A DNA stretch of 59,069 bases, filler included, from Sphacelaria rigidula (lineage: Eukaryota): NCBI GenBank assembly GCA_964200075.2. It is 7 parts of 7 records of this genome, joined end to end, with 100 filler letters (N's around TTAATTAATTAA, not from the genome) between each part and the next. Parts side by side here need not be neighbours in the genome. Positions count along the whole stretch, not along the records: positions 25,360 to 33,712 come from CAXNAA020011424.1; positions 33,813 to 42,165 come from CAXNAA020011425.1; 5 more parts are not named here. One strand, given 5' to 3'. The notes under the pieces were generated by a model that did no database searches, was not told where the DNA came from, and saw only the letters and a program-made list of their open reading frames with translations. Positions 25,360 to 36,620 of the stretch are shown piece by piece. The number at the start of each line of letters is the position of its first letter. Position 1 is the first letter of the stretch. The position numbers and the translations under genes were made by a program.

Positions 25360-25761
25360 GCGATAGAGAGAAATTGCATTTTTTTGATCGCGATACTATC
25401 TGCCACAGAATCACACAGTTTCTTGCGACGACCACTGGCGACATTTTACATTTTCACGAGGAAATATGTAGGACCAGACAATTTACCTTCATTTGATTTT
25501 CTCTGGTCATAAACGATGCTATCGCGCTAGCATCGCGATGGAGAGGAATGGCTTTTTTTCTATCGCAATAGTATGGCGATAGAAAAAAAGCAATTCTTCT
25601 CTTTCGCGATGCTATCGCGATGTCAATCCTGACCATTTCCGTCCATCACGACAGCATCGCGATAGAGAAATTTGTCTTTCTTTCTATCGCGATAGTATCG
25701 CGATACCGCTTTTAGGGTCAAATAGGCCTAAATAGACAGTTTCAGGATATGTGGTATACTG
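25360..25761 (-). mobile_element. ATCGCGAT-rich MITE (hAT-like), truncated by contig edge
   Basis: Near-identical reverse complement of 32005-32395, with terminus CAGTATACCACATATCCTG and many ATCGCGAT subrepeats. Confidence 0.85.
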
Positions 25762-28700
25762 CAATATTCCGGCGCTTATAATGTTCCTTCCATATACACT
25801 ACACAAACATATTTCACATATTTTATCCCCGCCCTGTTTCGCCGTCTCTGGCCACCATCTATCTCCTAGTATAGCCATCGTTTCCTCCCTACTGGCTAAT
25901 GCATCAAATATATTATATCATTCATGCTATCTTCCTTCACGCCCCGCATTTCCCCTTTTAGCACGCCCCGTTCCTCCTTATATAGCTCACATTCTGCCAC
26001 TATATGACTTCTGCTCTCTATTCCTTTGCCGCAGGGGCAGTTCTGTCCATCTACTTCCTCTTCCTTCCGACGACGGGTATATCTATTTCTTCTTTCTGGC
26101 AGATCTAGGTCCCCCACCCGAGATTGTATTTTCAGTTTTTTCGCAGCGTTCGTTGGGCCATGCAAATATGCTTCCATGCCTATTCCCTCTCTCATCCCCC
26201 TGTGCATCTCCAGGTGTCCTTTTTCATCTACCTTGCGTCGTAGCGCTCCTTTTCTCCTTATTTCTATAATATCTCTTACTTTTGTCTTGTACCCCGCGCC
26301 TTCATCTATGGGAAGTATTTCGTCTTGGGTTCCTTCTATCTCCTTCCAATATTTTCTCGACTTCTTTATCCCACCTTCCTCCAGCCTTCCCTATCGTACT
26401 TTTCTTCCATACAGCCTTATCAACTATAGCTGGCAATCTCTTTCTCTGCATGTTCTTCAAGCTATATTGCCATCGCAATTTTCTCATGTCTCTGTTTGTT
26501 TGAAGTGAGTATATTCCCAGCTCTGCTCTCAAAACTGTATTACTCGTCGTTTCGAGCATCCAAGTATCTTCTTAGCTGCTGCCATCTGTACTGTTTCCAA
26601 CTTTGCCACCAACTTCACGTTCCCCTCCCATACTTCTCCTGCCTATTCCAGCTTTGGTACAATCGCGTTCATCAGGATACATATCTTAATCCCAGTGTCT
26701 AGGTGCGGATATCTGAGGATCACGTCCATCCTGCCTATCTGTGCCGTACCCTTTTCTATTAGTTTGTTCATGCGTACATCCCAAGAACAATTTCTTGAGA
26801 TCTCTATGCCAAGCTATGTCTAGAGCTACTGGTCTACGATCGGGAGTTCCTCTTCTCCCCACTTCCATTTGAACTCTACCGGGTTTTCTTATTTTCGTTA
26901 CAAACAAGTACCGCGCATTTGTTACCGTTCCTTGTAACTCTCCATTTCCTAGTATATATTCGAGCGCCTTTTTCATCTGTTTCTGTTGTAATTCTTCTGG
27001 TGTTTCTGAAATCCCCACAGAATCGTACGCGAAAATCAATCCTGATACCATATCTTCACCCACCTGAACCCCTTGCTTTGCTGCTTCTATTGCTATTATC
27101 AAGTCATTCAAAATACCTTGAACAAAGTGGGTGATAACGTACATCCTTGTGCAACTCCTTGTAAGATATCGAAATAACTCGATATTTTCCCGTCTAGCGT
27201 CGTGGCACTTTTGGCACATTCTATCATCTTCACCATTTTCCACATCTTTCCTCTGATCCCAGCTTCCCACAACTTCTTCCACAACCCATTTCTCCATACT
27301 GTCATAAGTCTTTTGCATGTCCAGAAAAAAGCAGTACGTTGTCCGCCCGGTGTCTTTCCTACCCTGAATAGTCTTACTTAGTGTGTACACATGGTCTACG
27401 CAACTACGTTTTGGTCTAAATCCTGCCTGTGCCTCGTTGATTTTGTCTTCCTTTTCTAGCATTGTTCCTACTCTATCGTTCAGAATCTTACAGAATGTTT
27501 TCCCTACCGTGCGCAGTAGCGTTATCCCTCTCTAATTTCCTGGGTCAGCTCTGTCTCCTTTCTTGAAAGTTGACGACCACTCCTTCTCTCCACCTCTTGG
27601 GTGTGTACTCGTTTTCCCAGATCCAGTTATACAGCATAATCATCATGGTGATCATTTCCTCTCCCCCGTACTTTAGAAACTCATTTACTATGTTGTCTGC
27701 CCCTGCTGCCTTTCTGTTCTTGAATTTAGCTACGCACTCCCTTTTTACCTAATCTCTGGTAAACTCTCTCAGTAATTCTTTCGAGCCACTATCCTCCCGT
27801 TTTGACGCCTCTAATTTTGCCTCTGCCCACGCGTTGATTTATTTTTCGAATTTTTTGTCGAACTCCGTGTTTGTATTGGTGTTCCTAGTTGACGGTAGTA
27901 CTCGACTAGCACTTCTCTACTCCCCTTCGAACTACTGACCATTTTACCGTTCTGTGCCCGGAGTGTAGCTATCGCCTTATCCATCTTTCCTGCCGGATTT
28001 CCCGTTATTATCCCTTTTATCCCTACCCACATTTGTGTAATCCCGCCGAAACGAAATCTCCATTTGTTTTTGTCACAAAATGTTCCCACACCCCTTTTTT
28101 CTGCTGCACCATATTTTTTCCTTCCTCCCGAGCATTTATGTGCTCCCCCCATCCTGCCGTAGTTTTACTCAATATCTATCTCGCGTGGGCCCCTCTTCTT
28201 ACTCTTATAGCCTCTTTCATTTCCTCATCCCACCATTTTACTGCTCCGTTGCATACAATCACTTTCCTCCCTATGATTTTACTCGCTGTGTTCTCGACCA
28301 TCTGCTCCCATCCTTCGACAATCTTCGCTCCTGCCCGATTTCTCTCCATTTCGGGATCAACTGTACCTACGTGTTTCACTGCATTTTTGGCCGTCTTCTC
28401 TTGAAACTTTTCCCGTTTTTCTCCCATACCTAGTTTATTGATTCTTCATTTGTGAAACTTCCTACCCCGCCTTTTTCTTTCAGCTCTCGTCTGTTGGCTT
28501 CCTGTCCATATCACGCAATGATCTGTGGTTCCCACGTCGTCCGCGCATGCGTGTAACTCCATTTATTTACTATTTCCATGCTCTACAACTACATACACGG
28601 TCAACAACGGAACGTTCTATCTCGTTTTTGCATTTTCTAGTCCGTTCCCATTGCGCCTCTGCCTTTTGTGCTCTATTGCTCAGCGTCTTCATCTCGTTAT

Positions 28701-30200
28701 GCTCGAGGAACTTGAGCATTTCTACCCCACTTGCGTTCTTCTTACCTTCCCCGTATTGCCCGATGATATCATCCGGTTCGCCTGTTCTTCCTACCCTTGC
28801 ATTGAAATCTCCCACTAACATTACTTTCCGTTGCCTTTTATACTTATGTGCATCTGCTGTTATCTCTCCACTCCTCCGTTGTATATCGTTCACCCTACTC
28901 TTCGATTCTGGGGGCATGTACGTGTTACCTACGAAAAATTCCTTCGTTGCCCGCTCTCCGGGTACCCTTTGCCATATGCTCTCGTCGAATTTCGTGTCGT
29001 CGATCACTTCGACAATATCACACAGATATTTCTTGACCAAGAACCCTACTCCCCCCGCTTCCCTGCAATCGGACTTCTGTCCCTTCCGCTTTCCCCTATC
29101 CATGCGTACTCTTCAACCTTGCATTCTATATCCGCCCCCTCTTTCTCCCCTGACTCTTGGATTCCTACTCTATCTAGGTCGTGTTTACTCACTTGTTGCG
29201 CTGTCTCTTTTCTTTTGCGCTTGTCTGTGACGAACCCACACACGTTCCACGATCCTATGTTTAACTTCCTTTCCAAATCATTATCTGCTCTAGTGTTGTC
29301 TATTGCTCTCTCTCCGTCGCCTTTACTTTTACTTTCCCTTGCTTGGTTGTTCTTCCCGTTTCTGCGTTGGTCTTCGTCTATCTGCTTCGGGCCGCTGCGT
29401 CTCCTCCCCTTCCCCTTCCGCACATTCACCTGTTCCTGCCCCTCTCCCCCTCCGTTTACCCGTGTACTACATCCTAGGTTTGTTGTTCCATTAGCTATGT
29501 ATACTCTCCACTCTATTCGTTTAAACCATGCCGACACCTTACTTGTCTCTATCCTTCCCCACTCCTTGCTCGCGCTCTGTCATAGCGTAACTCGGAAGTG
29601 TTCTCCCTCCCTTTATATTTCTCCTCTTGCCAAACAGTGTAATAGTCCAACTCCATTGTATTTCATTTCAAACGCTATTCTTGCCATATCGCTATGAACC
29701 CCGAATACCAGCACTACTAGTACTTTACCCGTCCACTCTTTACTTCTCCATCCGTCCTTCCTCACCGTCTCTCTCTCGAGCTCTTTCGAGGAAATCTCCA
29801 GCTTGTTCATTTGAATTGTATTGATGGGATGTAGTCAGCGCACTGGGACATCCCAATCCTAGTATTTGTTGGGGGTCTGATGCCTTTTAGTTCTTTGGCT
29901 GGCTCACCGACGCTAAATATTGCCTCCAACACGGGCTCGTACCCTGAAGCCGACGTCAAGACATTTGACACAAGTACTCCACGTCCGCGCCAGGCGATCT
30001 TCATGGTAAAGCATCCAGAAGTCCCATGATCGTATCTTCCATCTTCTTGCCCCGCTGATGTACTGGTTACTTTCCTCCAGGAAGGTCATTATCACTGTGT
30101 AAGGTTCAAGGGCGGCTCGCATAACACAAGGCCTTACTCACATTGGATTGTCCCGTACATCACTTCTCCCACTCCGTGTACGGTTCACCATGGGTCGCTA
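25762..30200 (-). mobile_element. Degraded LINE retrotransposon (APE endonuclease, reverse transcriptase, C-terminal CCHC)
   Basis: Endonuclease motifs LNIGSWNV, VGIQES, GGVGFLVK and LVGDFNARVG; RT motifs QAGFRPKRSCVDH, FLDMQKTYD, GVAQGCTLSPTLF and LIFAYD; CPCG...SRSHIVAEC. Many frameshifts and stops. The 5' boundary is approximate. Confidence 0.92.
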
Positions 30201-30407
30201 CTCCACTAGTGCTTCCGAGTAGATCTTCGCTGCCAGAAGCGTGGCAAACGATTAACCCGCACTTTGTACCAGCTTCTATCCTTCAAGATCTCAAGAAGAC
30301 TACGTACCGCTTGGTGCTCCGTCTCGTAGGTCATCATGTGGTCAGTCTTTGGTAAGGTGTGAGTTTCATAAGTGCAGGAGGTCTTGACGTTTATGTCATG
30401 TATTGTC

Positions 30408-30841
30408 TGTCAAGATGTTACAGATACCACTGAGCTAAACACTCAGCACTGACTGTTCAGCTCAGTGGTATCTGTGACATCTTAACAAAAGCTAATCCCG
30501 GGGCCCTTCAGGCTATGAAGCCATCGGACGCGGTTTCACCCCAGGGTTGCCATCCTTGTGATCAGCGCCGCGCTGCCCGATTCTATCAGCGGCGCCGCTT
30601 GCCCAACTCGCCATGATACAAGCAGACTATCTCTGCTTCTTCTTTCCAGAGTGATGAATACTCACCGTGCGGAACGGTCCGGGTACAACCCGGAAAAGAT
30701 GTAAGTCCCGACGCGCGAAGGTTTGAACCCCGCGGGATTAGCTTTTATCAGGATTAGCTTTTGTTAAGATGTCACATATACCACTGGGCTAAACAGTCAG
30801 CGCTGACTGTTTAGCTCAGTGGTATCTGTGACATCTTGACA
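30408..30841. mobile_element. 434-bp non-autonomous element with TGT...ACA ends, 5-bp TSD and 80-bp hairpin termini
   Basis: TTGTC flanks both sides (30403-30407 and 30842-30846). Ends 30408-30487 and 30762-30841 are each palindromic. Confidence 0.8.
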
Positions 30842-31169
30842 TTGTCCATCCCTTCCCTTCATTAGGCGCCTTTTGCACCTAATGTCGGAGATTTCAGGAA
30901 AATGACTCACCAGATTTCCACCGCCCAATAGAAACCAGTGAGGTTTTGCGCGTGTCTCACACGATACCCCAACCTCCATGTGAATTTAGCATGGAGAGGG
31001 TGATGACCCTACCCTATCCGTATTTGTGACGCATTTTGTATTCTCGATTGGCATGTGAGGTGGTCAACCTTCACGCTATTACTTACTTGTCTGGGTTTTG
31101 GTTTCGTTATTGTCTCGCGTTTATTATGATGTGGGGGGAAGAATCTGGGTTATTTCCCGTTTGATATGG

Positions 31170-31665
31170 GAAAGTATATCTGTCTTTTCTCCCTATTTCA
31201 TGTCTGTATTCGGGCTGTGTAATGATAGGTTAAAGAAAAATCAGAGTTAGCTTCTCTATTTCATGTCTACGCCCGGGCTGTGTTTTAGTAGGTTGAAGAA
31301 AAAGGGTGGTAAGCTCCTTCATTTTATGTCTATATCCGGGCTGTGTTATGGTAGGTTGAAGAAAAAGCACGGTTAGCTTCTCTATTTCATGTCATGTCCG
31401 GGCTGTGCTCTGGTAGGTCGAAGAAAAAGGAGAGTTAGCTTATTTATTTCATTTCTACGCCCGGGCTGTGTTATGGTAGGTTGAAGAAAAAGTAGGGTTA
31501 GCTTCGTCATTCCATGTCTATGTTCAGGCTGTGTTATGGTAGATTAAAGAAAAAGCAGGGCTGGTTTCATTTTTTATGTTTATGTCCGTGCTGTGTTATG
31601 GTAGGTTGAAGAAGAGCAGGGTTAGCTTCTCTATTTCATGTCCATGTCCAGGCTGTGTTATGGTA
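31170..31665. repeat. Minisatellite, about 62-63 bp unit, about 8 copies
   Basis: Unit approximately cgggctgtgttatggtaggttgaagaaaaagcagggttagcttctctatttcatgtctatgtc. Confidence 0.9.
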
Positions 31666-32004
31666 GAGGGAAAAAGGGAGAGGAAGAGTAAAGGAGGGAG
31701 GGGAAGAGGAAATGGGAGGGAAAAAACGCAGAATAAGGAAAAGGAAGGAGTTAAAATTGGCCAGCTTTGTTATATTATGTCTGTACCCCTCTTCTGTGTT
31801 TCTGAGGGAAAACGAAGTTGGTCATTAAGGTTTTTGCATGTCTATTTTGTTTGTCGGTCTGGGACTTTCTTTTGTCTAGCAGCGGTTTATGGTACAGGTG
31901 CGGTGATAGTCTGTACATTATATGTCTATATTCTGGTGGCTTGTTTTACAGCGTCGTTGCCACTTGACGCCACGCAAGAGTCTAGAGGTAAGGGGGATGG
32001 GGGG

Positions 32005-32478
32005 CAGTATACCACATATCCTGAAACTGTCCATTTAGGCCTATTTGACCCTAAAAGCGGTATCGCGATACTATCGCGATAGAAAGAAAGACAAATTTCT
32101 CTATCGCGATGCTATCGCGATGGACGGAAATGGTCAGGATTGGCATCGCGATAGAGAGGAGTTGCTTTTTTTCTATCGCCATACTATTGCGATAGAAAAA
32201 AAGCCATTCCTCTCCATCGCGATGCTAGCGCGATAACATCGTTTACGACCAGAGAAAATCAAATGAAGGTAAATTGTCTGGTCCTACATATTTCCTCGTG
32301 AAAATGTAAAATGTCGCCAGTGGTCGTCGCAAGAAACTGTGTGATCCTGTGGCAGATAGTATCGCGATAAAAAAAATGCAATTTCTCTCTATCGCGATGC
32401 TATCGTGATAGTATCGCGATACCATCGCGATAGTAAAATGTAGCGTAAAGAAGCCATTCCAGAATATGTAGGGGTCCC
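32005..32478 (+). mobile_element. ATCGCGAT-rich MITE (hAT-like), full-length copy
   Basis: Imperfect TIR (ccacatatcctgaaa / ttccagaatatgtag), CAG start, dense ATCGCGAT motifs, followed by GAATATTG (candidate 8-bp TSD). Confidence 0.8.
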
Positions 32479-32580
32479 GAATATTGGAGGTGTCTCTATT
32501 AGGAGTAGGAACGGTGCTCCGTCTCGAAAGGGATGCGTGATCAACGACTAAGGCAAGCAAGAATAAAATGAGTACGACCC
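32479..32580 (+). mobile_element. LINE 3' end (end of ORF2 plus tail)
   Basis: Encodes NIGGVSIRSRNGAPSRKGCVIND*. It overlaps the point where the minus-strand LINE body stops (GAATATTG) and carries the tail shared with 17142 and 50727. Confidence 0.6.
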
Positions 32581-32639
32581 CCCCCCCCTCCCCTCCCCTG
32601 CCATTTTCTACCGTCAGTCGACATTGAAAATCTTGTCGA

Positions 32640-33403
32640 ACTACCGGTACCGATCGTATTGGGTAATAACCGCGGATTCGATCCGGTCACCTAACGCCTT
32701 ATTCTCCTGCCAAGAGTTCAAGCACCCCCCTCGAAATCGAAAATACTCGCTCCATAGACGCGGGCGATGGCTGGATAAGCACATTATCCATCGCCACGAG
32801 ATACACACTGACACGCGGCCATTTGGCTACCCCCAAAAATGCCTCAAGAGGGATGCGCGGCCCGCCAGAGGCAAAACAACCCTCCGGAGGCCTTCAATCC
32901 CTCTGGAGGAAACCAAACACTACCGATCTGGAGGGCTGCGCACCCCTCCGGAGGAATTTGTGGGCAGAAAAATGCCTTCGGAGAGATGAGCGGTCCTCCA
33001 GAGGCAAAAACAAGCCTGCGGAGGCGTTTATTCCCTTTGGAGGAAGCCAAAAAATCTCCTCTGGAGGGCACGCACCCCTCCGGAGGCGTTCAATCCCTCT
33101 GGATGATCGAAAAGTTGACCGACCCGGAGGGATTTTTGTGGTGACCACATGGCCGCGTGTGTACAGACTGGGAAGCCTGCCCTCGTTGTCGTCCCAAAAC
33201 AGCAAGCCGTAATCTGAGTGCGCGCCTGAGGCCGCGACCAAAAAGTTGTCCTTCTCGGACAGTAGGCTCGCCATGACCTCGGGACTTACAAAGGGGAAAA
33301 CAGCAAGCTGGCGGACCTCGTTCTCGGTGTAGCCTGCGTGCTGCTTCATATAAACGGAGTAGATGAGCTTGGCTTCTTCGAAAATCTTCATCAGGCAGGT
33401 CAC
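32640..33403 (-). pseudogene. hAT transposase C-terminal (dimerisation domain) fragment, split by a MITE
   Basis: Removing the MITE and one TA gives ...LLFWDDNEGRLPSLYLVAMDNVLIQPSPASMERVFS..., which fits the hAT W...P.L.......P.s.A..ER.FS motif. A frameshift follows. Confidence 0.75.
32804..33161. mobile_element. TA-flanked MITE with CCTCCGGAGG subrepeats (copy 1)
   Basis: TIR ACACGCGGCCAT...ATGGCCGCGTGT, TA on both sides, internal cctc(c/t)ggagg palindromes. Confidence 0.85.
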
Positions 33404-33712
33404 ATTTTTGAAAACAACATAGTACCACGTATATAGAATATAAAAGAGGACATTTTATTGCTCAGACCCGCGACAAAACAGGAACACAAAAAAGCACGAC
33501 CATGCATGGGAGTTTGAAGTATTGAAGCCTGTCGGCCTGTCTAATGACGAGTCACGTCACATGGAGCACTTGCGGGCAGCTGGCTGTAGGAAGTGCATGA
33601 AAAAAATATCGCGACTTGGTGCACGTTTTATGCGCATTCTATAGCCTCTGCCAGACGATCTGGACAAGAGGGCTATTCAGTGAGGGACTTCTCCAGAACC
33701 CACTGGCCTCAC

Positions 33713-33812
33713 NNNNNNNNNNNNNNNNNNNNNNNNNNNNNNNNNNNNNNNNNNNNTTAATTAATTAANNNNNNNNNNNNNNNNNNNNNNNNNNNNNNNN
33801 NNNNNNNNNNNN
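33713..33812. other. Artificial contig-joining spacer
   Basis: N44-TTAATTAATTAA-N44. Confidence 0.98.
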
Positions 33813-34432
33813 ATGGGTCCCAAGATATAGAGTTTTCCCCGCCAGGTGCCTTAAGCGTATCTTAATTGGTACATTTCCCTCTATATATATATAGTAGATA
33901 TATATATATATATATATATAGCGGATCATAAACGATGCTTGCTTGCTGGATTTCTTCGAGCGTTCATCCATAACTGAGCGAAGATTGATGATGAGGCCAG
34001 CAGGATCCGTCGCTGGCAGCGTGCTGAACTGTCACTGTATCCACTATAATCGTCATCAGAGAGTACGGTGTTGGGAAAAATCCCACGCACTGTGAATACC
34101 CACCGTATGAATGCGGACCGGGCCATCAGCGACTTCCCCTGCTGCAGCTGTGACTGTGACACCTGATACCAATCTACACATTCTGTAAGTTTAGGCGTGA
34201 TCTGACGCGAGGTGCGGATTCTTTTCACGCCCAAGCTGCCAAAACACCGCCTACATTTTATGCAAAAGGAATAACCCTGTGTCAGGATTTTCATGCAAGT
34301 GCTCCCATTCATTAACTGCCCCGCGTACACAAAACGTGTCTTCATGTTCGTGATCATGACGGCACGATCTTTCCCGTGGCACAAGCAACTTGACATGCAA
34401 AACCGCCTATGTAGTCTGTACTGCTGGCTCAC

Positions 34433-34804
34433 TCGCCCCGGTGGCTCAGTTGGTTAAGTTGAATCCTTCTGACGGTTGGGTCGTGAGTTCAAATCTCGGA
34501 GCCATCTTGGATTTTTTCTCACACAATGCCCAACAGTGGAGAGTGACGATATTGGGGGTACACGAAATTCGCCTCAATCGTCATCAATGGAGAAGGATTA
34601 CTGAGCCCCTCTCGCGATAAAAAGCGAAGACAAGCACCCCAGAAGGAAGGTGGAGAGCTAAAAACAAACGCACAAACTAACATCCTGTGCTGTCCTCCCT
34701 CGTGTGTGACCCCAACTGGTGCGCCCACATATAGCGAAAGGTGTAGACCGGCGCCCAGAACAAACGGGACGACAACACACAACAACAACAACACACAACA
34801 CACT
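34433..34804 (+). mobile_element. tRNA-derived SINE
   Basis: A box TGGCTCAGTTGG, B box GTTCAAATC, body conserved with three other copies in the window, ACA-rich tail. Confidence 0.85.
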
Positions 34805-35539
34805 GCTGGGGCAAACAAGAGCAGAGCCGAATGCAGGTCAGGTGTTGCTGCCGCCGTTGCTTTCAACCTAGAGTGCAGGACAGCGGGTGCACACAACTCT
34901 CGCCACAAAATGGAGGTTGACCAAGTGCTACAGGTATCGCTCATCGTTCTCTTACTTCTGCTCAAGCGTGTACATTGTGTGTTGTCGTCTGTGGGTGCAA
35001 GTAGGACAACGTTGGCGCATGGTGGTATGACAGGGAATTCAGAAAAAAAAGGCAATCTTCTGCGGCAGCTTGATAGATATTCTCCTTATATCGGTTCAAC
35101 TTCTCTGATTTAGTGGTGTGTTGCCCGTTGGTTTCTGGGCAATGTTGGCTGGACGCGGAATCGGCCACCCCGACAACCACTCTGCGCGTTAGGTATGCTA
35201 GCTACGGAGTCAACGGGCTGTTCGGGTACACGCGTCATCGTCAAAGGCTTAGCGTTTTCGACAGAAAATTAAAAAATCAACCCCCTGTCGACCAGAACAG
35301 CATCTTTTGCACATACGTACGCATATATTGTTCACGTGTATGCCATGCAACACGAGTGAATTCTGTTACTCCCCGGCACAACAGATGCAACCCTGGAACA
35401 GAATTCGCGTCCTCTACTCCATTGTACGCAGCTCTCTCACAGCGGACGCAAACGACGACAAGAAATTATTTTCGGGAAAGTGTATATTTTCTCCACAAAT
35501 TACGTCGCCTCATCCCGCCGATACCCTGCATAAACTAAC

Positions 35540-36620
35540 GGGTAATTCCTACCATGTAGAGAGTGGAGCAGTCCTCGAAGGGCCCCATCATGCAATCGAG
35601 CATCGCCGAGAGTTGGAGTGACTGCCAGGCCGTGATTCATCGCCTCGCTGGCATTCCGGGTGTAGCGGAGAGGAATCCGAACGCGGGTCGAATGGTTACC
35701 CGCGAGGAGGCGGCGTTTTGGTGTATGTACAACTTGATCTCAGCAACCCCAGCGATGACTCCTGGCTCGGAATATATCCGAGGGTGACGGGCACCGCCTG
35801 CATCACATTACGCGAGCCCTCATGCAGCGATGTGGGGGCGAGCGCATTAAGACAATTGCAGCTGCGCTGGCAACAGATGGGATTAGAGGAGCAACAGCAA
35901 AACCTACAGTCTAGCGCATCACTTCACAAAAGTTGCCTCGGAGCCCATCTAGCACAATATCGTAGCCAGGTACAAGGACTACGCCGCGAATAACCCCGAC
36001 GTGGAGCGGGACAGGGCGGATCCGCGGAGGCCGCCACCAGGATGGGATTACCTCCAATTGCTGCTGTCGGTACAGCGGCTGGCGCTACCACTTTTGAGGC
36101 GGGGCCATACACGGACCAGCAAGCACCGCCCCCACAGAGAATGTCCTTATCAACCCGGGAAGTTTGCACCGAGCAAGATGATAGCCAGCAGTGGAACAGC
36201 CGCGGTCGCCGGCACCGGACCGACCGCGACACCCGACCAAGGAACAGCGGCGGCGGCCGCGACCACCGAGAGAATTCACGACGTCGGTTTTGGTGATGCT
36301 GGATGACTAGCTCGCAGTCAACGCCGACCAGGCGTTCAAGTTGTTAGCCGCGGTTTTCATCAAATATGAGACGCCCGCACGCGAGTTCGTGCAGATCCGT
36401 GGACTCTTCCGGTTACCGCCAACAATCACTCGTTGCGGAATATCAACATAGCCCGGGAGTGTAGCAGTGATCTCAATCCACGCATACTGTCTCGGTGGTA
36501 TCCTTACTCATACCTTCTCAGTGAACATGTGAAAAGACGTTTGGCGGTGAGTTGGGAGTACTGAGGGGAAGGCTCTACAGGCCGAGATACCCCAAATCGA
36601 CTCCAATGGACTCGATTGGG
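35540..36620 (+). pseudogene. Possible degraded retroelement gag/protease-like remnant
   Basis: GC-rich, intron-free stretch with broken protein-like frames and an RG-rich segment; no diagnostic motif is intact. Confidence 0.25.

Noticed and set aside
28547..29697. 227-aa and 288-aa plus-strand ORFs
   Set aside because: Antisense shadows of the LINE endonuclease region.
31170..31665. CRISPR-like array
   Set aside because: Tandem units without unique spacers, eukaryotic context and no cas genes.
25360..32445. One large CACTA-like element with ~430-bp TIRs (TAGCG at 32445 resembles TAGTG) carrying the LINE as cargo
   Set aside because: The right copy has its own imperfect TIRs extending to 32478 and an 8-bp duplication shared with the LINE break point. 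Two MITE copies plus an inversion explain this better.
34433..34510. tRNA gene
   Set aside because: A and B boxes are present but there is no proper cloverleaf, and it continues into a SINE body shared by four copies.
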